A DNA stretch of 64,000 nt. Source: Schizochytrium sp. TIO01. Taxonomy: Eukaryota > Protista > Bigyra: Labyrinthulomycetes. The position numbers and the translations under genes are program-made. Below are positions 1 through 12,401 of the stretch, one piece after another. The notes under the pieces were generated by a model, which was not told the DNA's origin, ran no database searches, and saw only the letters and a list, made by a program, of their open reading frames with translations. The stretch's first letter is position 1, and each line of letters opens with the position of its first letter. The stretch covers positions 1,751,859 through 1,815,858 of the forward strand of contig SMSO01000006.1 in the NCBI GenBank assembly GCA_004764695.1, written 5' to 3'.

Positions 1-732
1 TCGATCAATCCAGGAAATGCGACTCAACTGCCCAAGGATGGAACATTCAAAGCTTATGCTCGCCGATTAATTGACATGGGGCGTCACGTTGAATTTGTTG
101 TGCAAGAACGCCAACAGGGGTTTGGCCATGCTGTGCATTGTGCTCGGGATCTTGTTGGTAACGCTCCCTTTTTGCTAGTTTTAGGTCACCATGTGTACCT
201 CACACCTACCGATGCTGAGGACCAGCGTAGTTGCGCAGCCCAGATGATAGATGCCCACAAAATGCTTGGCACTAATGTTGTCGGCCTGAAGCGCACGAAG
301 TCTGTCGAGGTGCAAAAGTACGGCACCATTGCAGGCTCCTTTCGCGAGGAAGTTAACCATGTCCCGAATAAGGTGCTCACTGTTACCTCGGTTGTTGAGA
401 AGCCAAGTGCTGAGTTTGCGGCTGCAAATTTACACATTGACAGCATGCCAGAAGATGAGTACTTAACAATGTTCGGCATGTATGCCCTGGAACCTGCCAT
501 TTTCGATATTCTTGATGAGTTTGTGCGACATGACCTTCGATCTGAGCGAGGAGATATTGCATTTACCCCAGCTCTTGATCGTTTACGAGAGTCTAGTGGG
601 CTGCATGGAATTGTCATGGAGAGCGAACGCTTGGCAATGAATAGCCCTGAGGCGTTTATTGAGACCAATCAAAGGCTTTTGAGCCTTCGCAAACATCAAG
701 AAACTCAAATCAAACCTGCTCAACAGGCTTGA
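1..732 (+). CDS. Sugar-phosphate nucleotidyltransferase, GalU/UTP-glucose-1-phosphate uridylyltransferase-like (5'-partial, runs off window start)
   Basis: Frame is open from base 1. Motifs QERQQGFGHAVHCA, PFLLVLG, KYGTI, VVEKP and FGMYALEPAIFDIL are typical of GalU/NTP_transferase C-terminal halves. Confidence 0.75.
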   Translation, partial: SINPGNATQLPKDGTFKAYARRLIDMGRHVEFVVQERQQGFGHAVHCARDLVGNAPFLLVLGHHVYLTPTDAEDQRSCAAQMIDAHKMLGTNVVGLKRTKSVEVQKYGTIAGSFREEVNHVPNKVLTVTSVVEKPSAEFAAANLHIDSMPEDEYLTMFGMYALEPAIFDILDEFVRHDLRSERGDIAFTPALDRLRESSGLHGIVMESERLAMNSPEAFIETNQRLLSLRKHQETQIKPAQQA

Positions 733-1244
733 CTCGCTCATTCATTGGTGAATAGATTTTCCCTGTAGAAATCGAAATAAATTCAAATCTATTATTGTTT
801 TTAATTTATAGCACAAACGTGATCCATTGCTTTGAGGTGTTGTTGACTTGCTTCAAGGACAATTCAATCTACGCAAAAAATAAAATATAAAGTTACAACC
901 TCCATTCAAAATAAAGAAATACTCATCGGTTCTCTGAAGATATATCTTGTGCTGATATCATAACAGGTGGTGGTAACTTGGAAAGAAAAAAAAAAAAGTA
1001 ACCTCGTTTCCTGTGCCAGTGCTCCTGCACCATGCATCCGTATTAACAGCTTCAGTGTATTTAAATAATAGAGTAATCAAGAGTGCAATGAGTCACGACA
1101 AAATCAAAACAAAATGAAAATAAAAATGAAAGCTCATCCCTTCCCTCTCCCCTTTCTAACCATGGCCAGTCTAATTTATTGTTTCTAAAATGGAGGGGTT
1201 TAGCCAGCAGAAACTAATGTATGCTGTTTTTTGTTTTTTTTCTT

Positions 1245-3933
1245 CTAATAAGTAAAACCTTGGTTAAGTAAATCATGTGCGGCCTGGAGATCATATTCGT
1301 CGAAAGTCTCTTCAAAGAGCATTTCCATGTAATCATCACGCTGAACCGTCATTCGCGGCATTCGTTTTTTCTTTCCTGACGAAGAGGGTGTAGCTGATGT
1401 ATTCGTGATACTCTGTTGTTTCTTCGCATCCCGAGCAGGATTTGACTTCTTGCGAGCACTACCTTGAGCAGTTAAAGCAATCTTGCCAATGCTGTTGTTA
1501 TTACTATCGGTTGGACATTGAAGTGAGTTTTTGTCATCTTGTGCTGCCGCCACAGTCATTACCAGAGGCTCAGTTGGCGGAGCGAGACTTGCCCAATCAG
1601 AGAGTAAAGTAAAGGCTACAAGACTGCCATCTGCTCGTGCTGCAGCGACGAATGATGTACCTACAATAAGTTTTGTCAACGCAACACGGTGCTTAGCCTT
1701 CTTAAACTTCAAGGAGCGTACGACACGACCTTCCAAGTCCTCTGTATCCCAAAACTTCAGTGTACCATCATCGCCACAGGAAACAACGCGGTAAGAGTCA
1801 ATGTACATATCGCGCACAGTCCCAGAGTGTCCCGCGCAACGTTCGTTCTGCAACGCACTCAAGTGCCTCACCACGAAGAATACAGTCTTGTGTTTGTCTC
1901 TTGAATCGCTGCAGAACAATTTCGTGCGAGGGACCACCAGCGATAGCCACTACTAAGGAAGGGGATTTACAGGTACGAAATGATGTCCCGTCGATTGTGT
2001 AATAACATTTGAGACAAGTGATTTCACCTTGGTGAATCTTGCTTGAATAAACTGGTCGGCCTGTGCGTGTCCAAACACGGAGTGATCCGGCGCTCGTACC
2101 CGCCACAATGAAGTCATCAAGAAGCTCCATCGACTCAATATCGTCCTCTAGAGGAATGTATGTAATCCGACGACTGGATGGCACTTCCCATATTGAAAAT
2201 CCTCCTTTGTAAGATGCAATGACACAATTACCATGAAGAGCTAAGATGCGGATAGACTCCCCGTTTGGAACGTGGATAGCACCAACAAAGGTGCTATCTT
2301 CGCCCCATAGAAGAATCGTTCCATTTGCATGACCCGTCGCAGCAACTACCTTTGGGGAAGTCGGGTTTTCTGCGCGATGTCCGAACTCTTGATCTCTGTT
2401 TGGTACCGGGTGATGCTGGTCACCCAATGAAATCGCCATTTTATTGGGTAAAGGTTGGTGATCTGCATCAGTCCACGGAAAAATTCGACCTCCAAAAGTA
2501 GACGGTCTATCAGTTCGCAGGTTCGACGCGAAGGCAGAACACGTTAGAGGTGCATCCGAGTTCCGTGACCATCGTGGGACACAAAGCTGCTTCTGCATGC
2601 ATCCATCTTCACGGCAGGTCACGACGTGCCAACCTTCTGTCTGAGTATCAACAGTGACATAATTTGCTCGATCATCTAGAAGTACCAAAGGGGCTGGTTG
2701 TTCAGCGCGCGATCCCTGGCGGTTGTGTTTGCGATTATGATGTCGATGATGCGGCTGAGGGCCTGATTTCCCACTGCGGCCTGAGCGCTGCTGATGGCGG
2801 GAAGAACTCTTTTTACTGCTACACACACGGTGAGGTTTACCCAGAATGCCCTTTTCGTTGAAGAAGGAAGAACCGGAATTAGAATGTCCAGCTTTATCTG
2901 CACTATCCACACTGCTCCAGCTGTATTCGCTACTTGCACTGCTCACAAAAGGCCCCGTGCCACTGCTACACAGCGATGATGCAGTAGTGGTAGCGCTTCC
3001 GCAGCAGGGAAACGACGAGTCGCTTTCCACGCTTGTGCCCGACGCTGCAAAATGAGGCGCGTTGTTGATATCACAAGGGTTTTGCGGCTCAAGCTTTGGC
3101 GTTAAACCAGGATAATGATGTTGTTGCTGTTGTTGTTGCTGCTGTTGCTGCTGCTGCTTGACTCGATTTTTGCCTTTTGCAGTTAGAATCGGAGTAGCAG
3201 CATTTTTCGCTGGTGGTCTCCGTGGTACATTATGTGGCCTGCGTTGCTTGCTAAGTCCATATTGACAGTTGACATCCTCTTCGTCTTCATCTATCCGCTG
3301 GGGAGCAATTTCCGTGGCCTCTCTAGCACGTGTGTCGCGATCTTCTGCCCAAAAGCTAAATCCCTCTTCGTCGTCATCATTGGCGCTGTTAATCTTCATC
3401 TGTAGCAGAGTATTCTTGTGCGCCGCTACAAGCGCCTGCCGGCGCTCTATGCGGTCCTGTTCCTCACGTATCGCGGATGCATTGCGCACAAGATCGGCGC
3501 AGGCTATACTGCGACCCTCCAGTGCGAGCGAAAGTACTTCGACCGCACCATCGCGCGCAAAGACGGCAATCTTGGACTCGTCGCGCGCGTCGAAGCCGCC
3601 ACTGACGGCCTCAAGCAGCCTATTACGGCGACAGGGCACTTCGAGCATCTTTCCTATACGACTCAGAGAGCGCGCGTGAGTTTCCTGGCGGTAGATTCGC
3701 ATGAAGTCTGCGCCGAGGAGTCGTACCTCGGGCTCCGGTGACGAACGGCGTCGGAACTTGCGCACGTACAGCCTTTCCCAGACGGCATCGCTTCGGCAGA
3801 CCGCCACAGCGCGGCGTTCCACAACGCCTAGGCGCAATACATCAGCGGCTTCAAGGCACTGGCACACCTTTAACAGCAGTTCGTCTGGTAGCGCCAGCGT
3901 TGAAGACTGTGAAGATGGCGAAGAGGAATCCAT
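1245..3933 (-). CDS. F-box/WD40-repeat protein with an apparent 1-nt frameshift near 1831-1833
   Basis: N-terminal F-box (LALPDELLLKVCQCLEAADVLRLGVVERR...DAVWERLY) and WD-like repeats (ATGHANGTILLW, AGTSAGSLRVW, IHQGEITCL). Removing one G from CGCGGGACAC joins ORF 1798-3933 to ORF 1245-1937 and restores RTLRGHSGTVRDM...VVSCGDDGTLKFWD. Confidence 0.8.
3119..3158 (-). repeat. CAG/CAA microsatellite encoding polyQ within the F-box gene
   Basis: tgttgttgctgttgttgttgctgctgttgctgctgctg on + strand; translates as a Q run on -. Confidence 0.85.
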
Positions 3934-4123
3934 TGCAGCTTGAGGCCTTGGACGGACTTGAATAACGGAGCTCTACTCGCGCAAAGCGTGAAGAAGTACT
4001 TGTATGGCGTGGTAGTGGCGAAGCAGAAGGCTCCGCCACGGAGGAGCGTGTGCCTCTTTCACAGTGGAGGGGTTGAAATGACGAAGATCCACTCGGAGGT
4101 GCAGTTCGTGGTTTGGTTACTAT

Positions 4124-4177
4124 TCAAAGTCAAAATCAAAGTCAAAGTCAAAGTCAAAGTCAAAGTCAAAATCAAAG
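4124..4177. repeat. (CAAAGT)n hexamer microsatellite upstream of the F-box gene
   Basis: About 9 copies of caaagt/caaaat. Confidence 0.85.
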
Positions 4178-5687
4178 TTGCGTTCGAATTCGCGTCCTTT
4201 CAGCCGAGAAGGTGAGTACCTTCAAGCTCAAGGTCAGCCACGGTGGGCTCCTCGAACCACTCGAGGGCAGCGTGCTGAGCGCGAGAAGCGAGGTCCTCAG
4301 AAGAACTGCAAGTTTATTTACAGAATGTATAGAAAGTAAGTAGGTCCCAGTACCTCTTACTATGAGAAAGCAGAGAAAACAAGGAACCTCGAGGGAAAGA
4401 AACTCGCTCCGGGAACGATCCTTCTGCACAGCGTCTGCCAGTGGCTGCCGTCACCCCTGCCAGGTAGATCGCCGTGAGCGTCAACGGGCTTGGTGCTGCT
4501 CAACACCGCGTGCACCAAGCCTCGCACGGCGGAGCGGGGCCTCGAGGTGGCTTGGGTTTCTGTTCTGGGAGGGCATTCTTATCATGTGCGCCATGAGGCG
4601 GATTGCGCACTGAGCAAATCACCTTAATTAATGTAGATTATATACTCAAACTTTAGACGATAAATTGAATGTTAAGGTGGACAATGAGTAGCTTGTGCCA
4701 TTGCTGCTAGAGATTCTTCTTTTTCTTTTCCTCCTTCTTCTTCTTCGTGATTATATTGCCTATTTTATTTGAGATAGATTGTTTCTTTCGATTCAATCGA
4801 AGAAGAATGCACACTAGGCAGTGCTCGCATCAAATAGTAGACTTTGAGCAGGTAACAAATCTGAGCTGTCTGTGCATACGTATGGGTTGACAATGGAGAG
4901 TACGGCCGGATATCTTGAAGTTATTTATTATGATATGAATCTGTTAATCAGAAAAAATAAGGCTTGAATGGATTATGGGGGACCCTGAAGATTCGCATGG
5001 CAAAACTGCCGTTACTTAAGACGATAGAAGACATCATCATGGAAGATTGTTAGATCTGGCATATTGAACACGACCTTGCATCTGCGAAGGTTCTGGTGGA
5101 AAGGAATATTGTAATAATATGATCGCCCTGACTCAGGATCATCGATGTATGTTGAAGTCCGCTTCAACATTAGTGTAGTACCTAGATTCAACTATCGTGT
5201 TCATCTCTTTTTTTTAAATCATAATTAAATGTAGTGAAAGATAACCTTTGCAAGTTCTCTACAAGTGTGCAAATAATACGATTGGTGAGCACCTACAGAT
5301 ATTTGCTAGCATTAACCACGTTCACAATACTGACACACCTTGGAAGCACTCTTAAACCTACTTCCCAGAGCTGGCGATAATCTTTGCTGCGAAAGCGAGA
5401 TATACTAACTACTATAACGACAAAAAAGAAAGCTAGTTGTTAAAATGGGCAAGGCTCTTCTCTCGAATCAATTACTGTTGTAAATGCTACATTGGGTTGG
5501 TTCCTCATAATGATCAATCTATAGTAATCTACAGATCATTTGACCACCAACGTGCTCGCTATAACTGGACTGCCTGCGTATGCCGAAATGCACCATTGGA
5601 TTCTAATACCAAAGTATTGAGAAATGTCGATTCTCTGATCTGCTATCAATGCCCGTGCCGTTGTATCGCCATACGCTTTTCGTTTTT

Positions 5688-7640
5688 TTAATCTGAGCGT
5701 GCAATACGTAAGAGAAACATGTACGCCATCGAAGCAAACGCAATAGCAAGAAGTAGCATTGCAAAAAGAGCAGTTCCACGGCTATCAATATCAATCCCTC
5801 GTCTTTGTAAAATCTCGTCACCAGTAACTGTATCCCCAGGGTACGTAACGTTGTGAAAGATGAGACCATGTAGCTCTGTAATGGCGAGCGACTCATAGCC
5901 ATATTTGAAGAACGAAAGATGCTGGAGCCAACGCATGGCGGGATGGAGAGTTGACAATTGAACAAGCATACCACCGTAAATCATCGATACCACAAAGGCC
6001 ACACTAATGGCAAGATTGGCAATAACAAATACACCAATGGCAGCTGACATCATGTAACACAGAGTTCCTGCGCAGATTGACTCTACAATGACCGTGGCAA
6101 GGAACCAGCAAAAGTTAGAAGCATGGGGTTGGAAACCCATCATGGGGTAAACGATAGAGGAAAAGGCTACCATGGGTATGACACGCATTGGAATGAGGTC
6201 ACACAAAAGTAAGCTCGCGAAATACGGAAGTGGATGGTAATAGCGGTTGTGTTTTTGATGAATGTAAAGAGCGCGCTCTTTGAGAAAGAGTTCGATGGCA
6301 CTCAAATTGCCGAATACAAGACTCATGATGAGGAAGAAAAACGCACCTAGACGATTCTCCAAACCAGTCCCATCAAGGGGCAGACGATGGTAAATCATAC
6401 CAGTAAGAATTCCAAAAAAACTCATGACAACAAGTTGCATAAGAACAACAACAGGAAGACGCGAGAGAATAATCAAGTTCTTCCGCGAGAGAATGCAGAA
6501 TTGCGCCCATAAAGAAGGACGGTAATCCTCATGACGACCTATAGCATAAGTTTCGCGAGTACGCGGCGAAGCGTTGGCGAGGGAGTCCACGTGACTCAAA
6601 ATAGCCAAGTGCACCGGGTCGCGCTGCCAGGCAAGGAGTAGCCACGTCCGCACATCATGGTCCGGGATGAGTCCCTCATCGCCTGACTCGTCAATTAATG
6701 CTGGGTGCGAGCGCGCGGATGGAAGTTGCTGCCCAAGATGAGCATGTGTATTGCGCGGGACCAGGCCGCCGAGAACATCCAGCATGAAGTCGGCGGGGTT
6801 ATTAAAATTCTCACAGTGAAAGCCAAGCGAAGCAAAGTCGTCTACAATTCGACGTGCTTCGCCCTGGTGTACGATATGTCCATCATCTAGTAACATGATA
6901 TGGTCGAGCATGCGAAAAACAGAAAATCGTGGCTGATGGATTGCCATGAGAATGGTACAGCCAACACGAGAGAGGGCCTGAAGCTGCGCCACCACCGCTA
7001 CTGTTGTAGTGCTATCTAGACCCGAAGTTGGTTCATCAAGGCAGAGAACTGGGGGGCGCACCACAAGCTCTGTTGCAATACTTGTGCGCTTTTTCTCTCC
7101 GCCAGAAAGGCCACGTCTGAACTCGTCTCCAACAAGTGTATCTGCGCAAGGTTCGAGGCCTAATGCGTCGATGACGCCTTGCACGAGATCTAGTTTCTCA
7201 CGTCGCGAGCACGAAGGTGGTAAGCGAAGATCTGCAGAAAGCATGATGTTCTCGCGGCAGGTCAGGTTGCCAAGTAGGTGGTCGTCTTGCGAAACGTAGC
7301 CTGCCATGTCACGGAACTCTTCGGACTGTGGAATTCCATCGACGAAGATAGATCCTGAGACGTTTGACGGTAATTTGCGCATAGCAAGTACGTCAATAAG
7401 AGAGGATTTCCCGCTTCCCGTTGGTCCAAAGAGAGTGTTCACCTTGCCACGATGCACCCGTCCGCTCAAGCCGTGCAAGATCTCCTTACGTTGCTGGTTA
7501 CCACCAAGCCAGCTACCAACAGGGACCGAGTACTTGACATCCTTGAATGCAATTTCTGCGCCTTGGACTCTTAAAATATAGTCGTCGCCAATGTTAGCCT
7601 CTTCGTCGTCATCCTCTGTGTTGAGCAGTGCGGTTCGCAT
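5688..7640 (-). CDS. ABC transporter G family (White-like half transporter, NBD-TMD)
   Basis: Walker A GPTGSGKS, signature LSGGEKKR, Walker B LCLDEPTSGLD, IHQP switch, followed by a hydrophobic C-terminal TMD. Confidence 0.95.
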   Translation of the reverse strand: MRTALLNTEDDDEEANIGDDYILRVQGAEIAFKDVKYSVPVGSWLGGNQQRKEILHGLSGRVHRGKVNTLFGPTGSGKSSLIDVLAMRKLPSNVSGSIFVDGIPQSEEFRDMAGYVSQDDHLLGNLTCRENIMLSADLRLPPSCSRREKLDLVQGVIDALGLEPCADTLVGDEFRRGLSGGEKKRTSIATELVVRPPVLCLDEPTSGLDSTTTVAVVAQLQALSRVGCTILMAIHQPRFSVFRMLDHIMLLDDGHIVHQGEARRIVDDFASLGFHCENFNNPADFMLDVLGGLVPRNTHAHLGQQLPSARSHPALIDESGDEGLIPDHDVRTWLLLAWQRDPVHLAILSHVDSLANASPRTRETYAIGRHEDYRPSLWAQFCILSRKNLIILSRLPVVVLMQLVVMSFFGILTGMIYHRLPLDGTGLENRLGAFFFLIMSLVFGNLSAIELFLKERALYIHQKHNRYYHPLPYFASLLLCDLIPMRVIPMVAFSSIVYPMMGFQPHASNFCWFLATVIVESICAGTLCYMMSAAIGVFVIANLAISVAFVVSMIYGGMLVQLSTLHPAMRWLQHLSFFKYGYESLAITELHGLIFHNVTYPGDTVTGDEILQRRGIDIDSRGTALFAMLLLAIAFASMAYMFLLRIARSD

Positions 7641-9085
7641 TTTCTCTTATAGTCCACGCGCTCGAGACGAAGGCGAGCAAGCTGACCAATTACTCGGTGA
7701 GACTTCCCTTGTCTACTACTGCTGTCCCGTTTTTGTTCAAACACAGGCTTCAGAGAGCGTGGTTTGGTTGCCACACCACTACTGTCCAGAAGAACAGCTG
7801 TTTGTGCGCGTGGTGAGATAGTTTTAACTGCAAACGGTCTCTGACTGATTCTCTTCCTCGAGCTCTTGGGGAGCTTTTCTTCTCCAAGTGCTCGCACGAG
7901 CTTCTTCGATTCGCACGCCTTTTTTTCTTTTTTCTTTTTATTTTTTCCTCTCCTAGAAATTGTATAATTTGGAGTGAGCGTGGTATTAGTAACTACATAG
8001 TGCTTTTAATTTTATTTATTTTCAAGTTATTTATTTATTAAAATATATTTTTCTGAGCAAAAAAAGTTTTCTTCCTTTTCTGCTTGCTAAGGTAGTAGGA
8101 GTCTACCAACCTGCCGCTAGGACCTCCACTGCAAAAAAAAAAGAAGCAGCGAAAAACAACAAAGTTGTTGCCCTAGCTAGGAAGTTGCCTGAAACCATTT
8201 GCATGTCTTGTCCTTGAAGAATATATTTTCGCGCTCACTAATCAGAGGTAATGAGTGTAAATGTTTTAGCTTCCCTAAATCCTCAGACCAAAAGCAGCCA
8301 CTTGTGATCATCATCATTTGCATCTTAGGTCCTAGTTTTCTCATGATATGATGGAAAATACATATATATCTTTTTCTTTTAAAGCATTTTGTTTTCTTGA
8401 CTATGATTAGTATTTTGAAAGTGACGAAGAATATGCCACCCAATAACTTTCAAGCTGACGCCAACTCTTCCCTATTAACATGAAAGTCTTTTGGTCTCAT
8501 ACAACTAGCTACTGCTGCACACCTGTTTGTAGCACCGCAGGCTGGAAATGTAGAATCAACAATGACACTAGACACCATAGATGTTCTCACGCGCCCCAAA
8601 AGGCTAAATTTCATGTCCGCACTGTGTTTCGCGAATGTAATAATATGAACAATTATGTAATGATGCTAGCCATGTATGAGCAGAATTGTAGCGTCCAAAG
8701 CTGTTTTTATTCAGCTTTGATTAATGGAATGCAGCATGGTGCATGTCAGCGTGAGCGGCGTTTTCTCTTCGTGTGTTTGCCTTCACCGTCCATGTTATCA
8801 AGCCTTGAATGATTTGCCCACGGAGCTGCAAACATGTTGGTCTTTCCAAACTTTCGAAGTTTTGATTTTCAAGTGACAGTCTTATGCGTTTATCGTAGAT
8901 GGTGTTAGACGAGGCTGCTAGTGTTGCTAAGGTAATACGTGTGATGCAGTAGGACCTTAATGATGACTAGTCAATACTTAGTTGAACAATGGGTTTTCAT
9001 TCTTTGCTTCTTCAGAAGCGTGCGGCTGTGAGCAAACGAGCAGACTCCAGCGGCGCGCTCCGCCGCATCCTTGCACTCCACAGCC

Positions 9086-11806
9086 ATGCTGTCGAGCGCG
9101 GGAAAGCTGTGTGGGTGTAAGCTGGGAGCCTCTTCGGTTTCCAGTATCCACTTCTCACCCGTCGTTACCCTTCGACTTTTTCATCAACCCGGAACATCGA
9201 CTCGCGGAGTAAGCTCTGTGCCATGGTCATCACTGGCGCATTCCTTGCCGCGGCGCACTCGTGTGCCGAGCAGGAGTTTAGAGCTTTGGGCACTTGGCTC
9301 CAGGGTACGTGGTGATGTGTTGCGTTATAGTCACGAGATGCGACCTCTGCGGGCTCTGTGCAGCAGTTCTTCTGGGGTTGGGAGCGAGCGGGGTGTTGCG
9401 TCAAGCAACTCTTGGCAGGATGCTTTGCAAATGGACGAGGAGCTGATTCCGGAGCCTGTTCGGCATGAAAACATGTCGAGCCCTGGAGGCGGAAAATCAA
9501 CTTCCTGGACAGCTGCACGGCATGCGGATTTTGTGAAGCCGTCTTTTGATGAAGTGCAGGTTGGAGGCCCGCATCTGTGGTTTAGACAGGCTAGAGCGCT
9601 GCAAAGAAAGATTATTGTGCATGTAGGCCCAACAAATTCAGGGAAAACATATCGGGCAGTTCAGGCACTGAAGAAGGCAAAATCTGGCGTCTACGCATCG
9701 CCACTCCGATTGTTAGCCTGGCAAGTATCTCAGGAGCTGGGATGTTCGCTGATCACCGGCCAGGAGAAGCACGCCGTGGACGGTTCAAGTATCTTGAGTT
9801 GCACAGTAGAGATGACTCCTGTCGATGATATTGTTGATGTGGCGATCATTGACGAGGTTCAACTCATGGGAGATAAAAATCGCGGCTGGGCATTCACGCG
9901 AGCTGTTCTAGGTCTACCAGCACGGGAGGTGCACTTGTGCGGAGAGGAAGGTGCTGTGGACTTGATCCGCAAGATCTGCGAGCTTACCGGTGATGAGCTT
10001 GAGGTAAATTATTACGAGCGGTTGTCTCCGCTTCGCACAGAGGAGGAAGCAATGAAATCCTGGGAGGATGTCCGACCTGGTGATGCTGTCATTACATTTT
10101 CCCGCAAGGATATTCACAGAATCCGAGAGAAAATTGAAAAGATGACCAAGTACAAGTGTGCCATGATATATGGCAGCCTACCTCCCGAAATCCGCAAGGA
10201 GCAAGCAACTGCATTCAATTCACCAAATTCGGCACAGAAAATCCTCATTGCCACTGATGCAGTAGGCATGGGAGTGAACTTTAGTGTGAAGCGGATCGTT
10301 TTCAGTAAAATGGAAAAATTCGATGGCGAAAGCACGCGCCAGCTGACTCTTCGCGAGGTCAAGCAGATCGCTGGCCGCGCAGGTCGTTTTGGTCAGACAG
10401 AGGAGGCTGTTGGTCTTGTAACGGCCATGAAGGACCGTGATCTTGAGCATATCCGTATGGCCCTGCCTCACCCAAATCCACTGATTAAAGAGGCTTACGT
10501 TTTCCCTCCCTCAGATTTTCTGCGCACGCGTTTCCACAATGTTTGTTTGGACCATCTAGAGCCGCTGCGTGATGAAATTATGGAAAGGCTTGAGATTGCT
10601 AACTTTTATGAATTGAAAGAACTTTTGCAAAACGGTCTTGAATACGAAGTTGACAAGCGTATCAAAGAACTCTTGGCAAAAGAGGAGGAAGACGATAGTG
10701 TACCGCAGCGGTCTTTGCATAACTTGCAAAAGCTCGAAGTCAATATGCGCAAAGATGTTACTAGGCTCCTCACGGATGCCAGACGGACAATGCTTCGCCT
10801 TCAGCGTGTTGTTTCTGACAAGGTCGCTGAAGCTTATAATGATGCACTACTGGATGTCATGCGCGAGGTGGACGACAACGGTGCAACGCGTGTGAAACTT
10901 GCACGTGAGCGAAAGGCACTACTCGATAGGATGGATGCTGCTAAGTCAGCACGTGATGCGAATTTCAGCGGAGAGGAATATGAGCGCCTTGTTGCGGATG
11001 CAAGCAGAGCTGAGAAGGCTCTTGAGGAACTTGAATCCAAACTTGAGGGTGACTATTCTGGTGAGTTCATGTATGTGCAGCGCACTGATGAATTTGTCGC
11101 AATTATCAAGGCTTTACGTGGTATCCCTCTTAACGTAGATTACTTGTTACAAGTGGCGAAGGCTCCTGTAAACATGGAATCTGAGGTAATGAGCTCACAC
11201 ATGAAGCAATATGCTCGTAAGACACATTCCAAAAGTATTCGGGAACTGGTGGAGTCATTAGATGATCCCTTTCTGCTTGATTATCTTTCTGTGTTGTATG
11301 AGGTGGAAGATGTGGAGATTGCGGAGGATGTCCACGTCGGTCCACCTCTAATTTTGGACCGTTTGCCGTCCTCAACCGAACCTTCCTTTGAAGGTCTTCG
11401 CCCACGTAACATTGAGGCCTACGGTACCGGAAAGGTCGACATGTATAACTATGAGCAACTCTACAATGCGATTGATTTAAGCCTTTGGCTCGCCCACCGA
11501 TTCGACCATCCACCGAAACACATTCAACGCCTTGGGCAGCTTAAGCACCAGTGCCTTGCCCGTATGCACCGATTTCTGGGTACACCTGGTGAACGTCAGG
11601 AGGAATTTAGTGACGAAGTTTTCATGGTAGATGGATCGCCCATGCGCCTCTCGAAGAAGGAACAGCAGCAGCTTGATAGAGAACTTGCTGCTTCGTTTAA
11701 GGAAAAAGAAAAGAGTAGACGAAAGTCCCCACGAACTCCGCCTCCTGGCAGAAAAAAGACTCAATCTCCGAAACGTCGCAGCAAACCTATTACTCCGGAA
11801 ACCTAG
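9086..11806 (+). CDS. SUV3: SUV3-like mitochondrial ATP-dependent RNA helicase
   Basis: HVGPTNSGKTY, PLRLLA, DEVQ, RGWAFTRA, IYGSLPPE, ATDAVGMG and QIAGRAGR. Ser/Arg-rich N-terminal extension resembles a transit peptide. First in-frame ATG is at 9086. Confidence 0.93.
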   Translation: MLSSAGKLCGCKLGASSVSSIHFSPVVTLRLFHQPGTSTRGVSSVPWSSLAHSLPRRTRVPSRSLELWALGSRVRGDVLRYSHEMRPLRALCSSSSGVGSERGVASSNSWQDALQMDEELIPEPVRHENMSSPGGGKSTSWTAARHADFVKPSFDEVQVGGPHLWFRQARALQRKIIVHVGPTNSGKTYRAVQALKKAKSGVYASPLRLLAWQVSQELGCSLITGQEKHAVDGSSILSCTVEMTPVDDIVDVAIIDEVQLMGDKNRGWAFTRAVLGLPAREVHLCGEEGAVDLIRKICELTGDELEVNYYERLSPLRTEEEAMKSWEDVRPGDAVITFSRKDIHRIREKIEKMTKYKCAMIYGSLPPEIRKEQATAFNSPNSAQKILIATDAVGMGVNFSVKRIVFSKMEKFDGESTRQLTLREVKQIAGRAGRFGQTEEAVGLVTAMKDRDLEHIRMALPHPNPLIKEAYVFPPSDFLRTRFHNVCLDHLEPLRDEIMERLEIANFYELKELLQNGLEYEVDKRIKELLAKEEEDDSVPQRSLHNLQKLEVNMRKDVTRLLTDARRTMLRLQRVVSDKVAEAYNDALLDVMREVDDNGATRVKLARERKALLDRMDAAKSARDANFSGEEYERLVADASRAEKALEELESKLEGDYSGEFMYVQRTDEFVAIIKALRGIPLNVDYLLQVAKAPVNMESEVMSSHMKQYARKTHSKSIRELVESLDDPFLLDYLSVLYEVEDVEIAEDVHVGPPLILDRLPSSTEPSFEGLRPRNIEAYGTGKVDMYNYEQLYNAIDLSLWLAHRFDHPPKHIQRLGQLKHQCLARMHRFLGTPGERQEEFSDEVFMVDGSPMRLSKKEQQQLDRELAASFKEKEKSRRKSPRTPPPGRKKTQSPKRRSKPITPET

Positions 11807-12401
11807 ATTCGGAGATGATTCAATGCGAGCTCCCTTGGCCTCCAAAAGCACTCTACCTGCTGCTGCTTTGGTTGGCTGCAGAGGAAGCGCCCACCCCAGT
11901 ACTTTAGCAGTACTTTTATGTCTTTCTGAACTACAAGACTCCTCTGAATAGCGTAATTTTGTCATTGTCCCTTATTTGGTCTTTATTATTCTTTCAATTC
12001 CCCCTTTTCTTCGCCTCCTACTATATGTTTTATGTGTGTTTTTGAGGAGACGATTGTTCATTCGCTTTTAGTACTACGTTTTGCATATATATTTTTAGAA
12101 ACGGTGATGTAAATCTTGCCAACAAAGTGAAGTATCCCAACTCAGATTGAGTTTGTTCATCCCTCATGATAGGCATTTCTTGCATGACAAGTTTGATGAT
12201 CTACCAGCGTGTCCACATAAGGCACTATTCTGATTTAATGAGAGCGAAGCTTCACAAGCCGCACAGGTTACACAACATAGTGAACCAGGTTCTTTGGTGA
12301 TGATAAAGCATTCTATTGATGGTAGTATGCAATAAATTAATATTCAACTGAGTTATGCAGAAATTAAAAGTAAAAGATCAAACCCATTTTGTTTTTGTCG
12401 C

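Noticed and set aside
3940-4343. KVKVKV or SQSQSQ ORFs
   Set aside because: Translations of the CAAAGT hexamer repeat.
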